Positions 63,094 through 64,000 of a DNA stretch of 64,000 bases are shown here, one piece after another. The stretch spans positions 128,001 through 192,000 of the forward strand of contig CAVXGK010000002.1 in assembly GCA_963761305.1 (NCBI GenBank). The letters run 5' to 3'. The DNA comes from an uncultured Gemmatimonadaceae bacterium (GTDB lineage Bacteria; Gemmatimonadota; Gemmatimonadetes; Gemmatimonadales; Gemmatimonadaceae). The position numbers and the translations under genes are program-made. Position 1 is the stretch's first letter. Each line of letters starts with the position of its first letter. Under the pieces are notes generated by a model. The model did no database searches and had not been told where the DNA came from. It saw nothing but the letters and a program-made list of their open reading frames with translations.

Positions 63094-63870
63094 CTACGTG
63101 GGCGGCGGAACGCGGTCGTCGGGCGGAACGAAGTTCGACAGGAAGAGCCGCTCCTCGGCGGTGAGACTGGAAAGTCCCTTGGCGCTGATCTTGTCGAGGA
63201 TGCGGTTCACTTCGTCGCGGTTCACCTCGTGCACCGACTTCGGGTCGACGCGCTTCCAGTTGAGGAGGTTGTCCTTCGCGACCGTCGGGATGGCCTTCGA
63301 CCGGAATTTTTTCGTTCCGGCGCGCATGCCGAGCCACTTGAGGTAGAGCCACCCGCCGGCCACGCCGCCCAGGTGCGCGAAGTCGGCGATTCCCGTGTGT
63401 CTCTGGCTGAAGCCGCTCCAGAGCGAGTACAGGATCATGAGGATGAGCGCCAAACGCGCTTCGAGCGGCAGAATCCCGAAGATGTAGATCTGCGCCGTCG
63501 GCCAGAACATCGCGAACGCCACCATCACGCCAAACACCGCGCCCGACGCGCCGATGATCGGCGCGTCAAACGCGAAGATTGCCGACACCAGCGCGCCGAC
63601 GATGCCGCTCAGCCCGTACAGCGTGATGAACCGCCGGCTTCCGAGCCGTTCCTCGACGCGCGGGCCGAAGAAGTAGAGGGCGATCATGTTGAACAGGATG
63701 TGCGTGATACTGGCGTGCGCGAACATGTACGTGACAACAGTCCACGGCCGGATCAAAAACAGGGCTGGAACGAATTCCAGCTGCTGCGTGACGCCGGCGA
63801 CCTGCTGCAGGAAGAAAACGATGATGTTCGCTACGATGAGTCGGCGGACCCACGGCGTCACCGCACACAC
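63094..63870 (-). CDS. Rhomboid family intramembrane serine protease
   Basis: TYMFAH..HILFNM, IGASGA, AHLGG; C-terminal EVNRILDKISAKGLSSLTAEER. Start may be GTG 63861. Confidence 0.93.
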   Translation of the reverse strand: MCAVTPWVRRLIVANIIVFFLQQVAGVTQQLEFVPALFLIRPWTVVTYMFAHASITHILFNMIALYFFGPRVEERLGSRRFITLYGLSGIVGALVSAIFAFDAPIIGASGAVFGVMVAFAMFWPTAQIYIFGILPLEARLALILMILYSLWSGFSQRHTGIADFAHLGGVAGGWLYLKWLGMRAGTKKFRSKAIPTVAKDNLLNWKRVDPKSVHEVNRDEVNRILDKISAKGLSSLTAEERLFLSNFVPPDDRVPPPT

Positions 63871-64000
63871 TCCTGCGAGAGAGGGAGAGAAGTCCTAAAG
63901 CTACATCGCCTGGTCCGGCAGGACTTCCGATTGCCCCGGACCGCAATCGCCTCCTATCGGGAACTGCCGCATCCAGTATTTTTCACGACAGCCGCGCCTC

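Overview
A high-GC (roughly 65-70%) bacterial accessory region. The gene content (five ADOP/MacB-FtsX-type permeases, three acidobacterial-type PadR regulators, two Hanks kinases, an ankyrin-LRR protein) suggests Gemmatimonadota or a similar soil lineage; this is inference only. There are about 55 credible CDS/pseudogenes, including a HigBA toxin-antitoxin pair, an ABC-F ATPase, a MarR/MFS/isochorismatase unit, a decaying PadR-ADOP cluster, a gamma-glutamylation amine-catabolism operon, an FTR1-Rrf2 iron unit, VIT1, TOBE, a baeRF-like protein, MgtA, OmpA and a rhomboid protease. I saw no rRNA, tRNA, cas genes or intact transposase. The most interesting signals are non-coding. (1) A ~150-nt structured leader with mutually exclusive pairings over the SD of a 1167-aa ankyrin-LRR protein, which carries a duplicated small helical module. 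(2) A family of CGCRGAG-based inverted repeats that brackets a degenerate GxxExxY nuclease gene inserted in an operon and recurs as gene-less REPIN-like doublets. (3) A 200-bp element with ~43-bp terminal inverted repeats and internal hairpins, next to two 21-bp-period arrays. (4) A shared promoter/operator architecture at the PadR-ADOP loci. All product calls come from motif recognition by eye; no database search was run.
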